Source: Candidatus Epulonipiscium sp. (GTDB taxonomy: Bacteria; Bacillota; Clostridia; Lachnospirales; Cellulosilyticaceae). From it: 64,000 nt of DNA. Within the stretch, counting starts at the first letter, position 1. Each line of letters begins with the position of its first letter. The translations under genes and the position numbers were made by a program. Below the pieces are notes generated by a model. It was not told the origin of the DNA and searched no databases. It saw only the letters and a program-made list of their open reading frames with translations. This document shows positions 62,174-64,000 of the stretch, piece by piece. The DNA lies in NCBI GenBank assembly GCA_012518255.1, contig JAAYSX010000080.1, positions 11,932 through 75,931 of the forward strand. The letters run 5' to 3'.

Positions 62174-63085
62174 CTATAGTTTTGCCCAAGCTAGGTTTAG
62201 TGTTCTTTTTGCATTCGCAACAACTACATCCGGATCTTCATTTCCAAATGGTTTTACTTCAAAACTTACGATTGGTCTTCTTTCCTTGCTAATAAATCCG
62301 ATATCCATCAATACCCTTAGGTATTCTACTAGTTCATCTACGTCATTTTCTCCACCTGGGAAACCAAAACGTGGATGCAGATCACCATATCCTGGCATTG
62401 ATTCATCTTTAATTACACAGTTACCCATATGGGCATGCACTATATAATCTTTAATTGGAAGTATAGCTTCCTCAACAGTTTCTCTTACCATAGGAATGTG
62501 GCTTAAGTCTACCATAAGGCCAAAGTTATCATATTCTTTTCTAATATCTTCTACATAGCGTTTTGCTAATTCCACTGGCCCTATAAGAGATTTTTTATCT
62601 ATATCATAATCAAATATCTCCAAAACTACAGGCATATCTCCTTTGGATTTAGAGTACTCACATAATTCTTTAGTTGATTTAATAAGAGCTGCATATGAGT
62701 CTTCCTTGGTTTCTTCTTCGTAGTTTCCGCTTAGGAAAGCAAATCCTGTGGAACCTAATTCATAAGCCTGATCTATACCATTCTTTAATAGCTTAACCGC
62801 TTCTTGTCTTTTATTTTCATCAAGATCATTTACATTAAGCCCATTTGTAAGAAGCATAGTTTGCCCAGCAAAAGCATTGGCCATGCTAGCTGTATCTAGC
62901 ATCTTTTTAACTTCTTTCCTAACTTCATCATCTACTATATTTGTAAGTTCTATTGCTGTAAAGTAATCATCAACTGCAATTTTTTTAACTGTTTCTAGTA
63001 TTGGCCCTTCGCCTTTTATTGTATCTGGATAAGCCATAAAATGAATAAGACCTACTTGCATATATTCATGTATTGATTCTACCAT
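62174..63085 (-). CDS. Xylose-isomerase-like TIM-barrel protein, tandem copy 2
   Basis: 303 aa. Candidate E-D-H-E metal ligands lie in VVLEIFD, MVDLSH, HAHMGN and SFEVKP. Confidence 0.8.
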   Translation of the reverse strand: MVESIHEYMQVGLIHFMAYPDTIKGEGPILETVKKIAVDDYFTAIELTNIVDDEVRKEVKKMLDTASMANAFAGQTMLLTNGLNVNDLDENKRQEAVKLLKNGIDQAYELGSTGFAFLSGNYEEETKEDSYAALIKSTKELCEYSKSKGDMPVVLEIFDYDIDKKSLIGPVELAKRYVEDIRKEYDNFGLMVDLSHIPMVRETVEEAILPIKDYIVHAHMGNCVIKDESMPGYGDLHPRFGFPGGENDVDELVEYLRVLMDIGFISKERRPIVSFEVKPFGNEDPDVVVANAKRTLNLAWAKL

Positions 63086-63122
63086 ATTAGTTCCCTCCTA
63101 TTATATTATAAATCGTATTGCT

Positions 63123-64000
63123 CTATACTCTTGCCCAAGCTAGGTTTAGTGTCCTCTTTGCATTTGCAACAACTATATCAGGATCTTCATCCCCAAAAGC
63201 TTGTACTTCAAAACTAACAATTGGTCTTCTTTCCTTGCTAATAAACCCAATATCCATTAATACCTTTAGGTATTCTACTAATTCGTCTACATCATTTTCT
63301 CCACCTGGAAAACCAAAACGTGGGTGCAAATCACCATAAGCTGGTAGTGATGGATCTGCAATTACACAGTTACCCATATGGGCATGTACAATATAATCCT
63401 TAATTGGTAGGATTGATTCTTCTACTGTTTCTCTTAGCATTGGGATATGACTTAAATCAACCATAAGTCCAAAATTATCATACTCTGCTCTTATGTCTTC
63501 CGCATAACGCTTAGCCATATCTACAGGCCCTATAATGGATGCCTTATCTATATCATAATCAAATACCTCTAGAATTACTGGTATATCACCTTTGGATTTA
63601 GAATACTCACATAATTCCTTAGTTGACTTAACTAATGCCTGATAGGAATCTTCTTTAGTTTCTTCCTCGTATTTACCACTTAAGAATGCAAACCCTGCAG
63701 CCTCTAACTCATATGCCTGATCTATTCCTTTTTTAAGCATATTTACTGCTTCTTGTCTTTTTGTTTCATCAAGGTCATTTATATTAAGTCCATTTGTAAG
63801 AAGCATAGGTTGACCTCCGAAAGCCACCGTCATACTAGATGTATCTAGCATCTTTTTAACTTCTTTTCTCACTTCATCATCTTTAATATTTGTAACTTCT
63901 ATAGCTGTAAAGTAGTCATCAACTGCAATTTTTTTAACCGTTTCAAGTATAGGACCTTCACCTCTAATTGTTTCTGGGTAAGCCATAAAATGAATAAGTC
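63123..64000 (-). CDS. Xylose-isomerase-like TIM-barrel protein, tandem copy 1; 5' end beyond the window
   Basis: Collinear with copy 2. Bases 63987-64000 read ..LIHFMAYPE, as does copy 2 upstream of its internal Met, so the tracked start at 63986 is not the true start. Confidence 0.8.
   Translation of the reverse strand, partial: LIHFMAYPETIRGEGPILETVKKIAVDDYFTAIEVTNIKDDEVRKEVKKMLDTSSMTVAFGGQPMLLTNGLNINDLDETKRQEAVNMLKKGIDQAYELEAAGFAFLSGKYEEETKEDSYQALVKSTKELCEYSKSKGDIPVILEVFDYDIDKASIIGPVDMAKRYAEDIRAEYDNFGLMVDLSHIPMLRETVEESILPIKDYIVHAHMGNCVIADPSLPAYGDLHPRFGFPGGENDVDELVEYLKVLMDIGFISKERRPIVSFEVQAFGDEDPDIVVANAKRTLNLAWARV

Larger units (their letters stand above)
62174..64000 (-). repeat. Tandem gene duplication (two ~0.9-kb units separated by 37 nt)
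   Basis: The 3' thirds are nearly identical at nucleotide level. This shows in the matching antisense shadow ORFs 61932-62447 and 63118-63339 (AQARFSVLFAFATT..SKLTIGLLSLLINPISIN). Confidence 0.85.

Noticed and set aside
1-64000. Scan for CRISPR arrays, IS/transposase or integrase genes, toxin-antitoxin pairs and defence-system hallmarks
   Set aside because: I saw no regularly spaced repeats, no transposase, recombinase or Cas-like ORFs, and no nuclease/ATPase/methylase combinations. The intergenic repeats present are explained as terminators, operators or DnaA boxes.

Overview
AT-rich chromosomal segment of an endospore-forming Firmicute (Clostridia-like gene order). About 47 kb (1-47000) is conserved housekeeping and sporulation synteny, mostly on the minus strand: lysS-greA, dusB-coaX, birA, ftsH-hpt-tilS, spoIIE, tRNA-fMet/tRNA-Met, divIC-yabQ-yabP-S4, hup, spoVT, prsA-like, mfd-pth-prs-glmU-like-spoVG, glgDC, purR, then murC and a DnaD-domain/DnaI-like loader pair, cwlD, a GH18 hydrolase, mecA, CBS-pyrophosphatase, pflBA, MerR with an FMN oxidoreductase, and dnaB-rplI-gdpP-yybS. 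The last 17 kb (47089-64000) is an accessory-looking catabolic island. It holds a CdaR-family regulator, a TctABC tripartite transporter, a sugar-type ABC importer, three paralogous xylose-isomerase-like TIM barrels (two in recent tandem duplication), three hydroxyacid dehydrogenases, two candidate lactonase/hydrolases and a racemase-fold protein. No kinase, dehydratase or aldolase is visible. I found no CRISPR array, IS element, integrase, prophage or recognisable defence system, and nothing that is clearly a new system. The observations most worth a second look are: (1) the island and a shared inverted-repeat operator placed identically next to the -35 of its two internal promoters; (2) three perfect tandem DnaA boxes directly upstream of the helicase-loader operon; (3) single-base homopolymer frameshifts splitting spoIIE and tctB, which may be real pseudogenes or assembly indels; (4) a GlmU homologue whose uridyltransferase signature is degenerate. 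All family calls rest on motifs read from the translations and on gene order. No database search was run.
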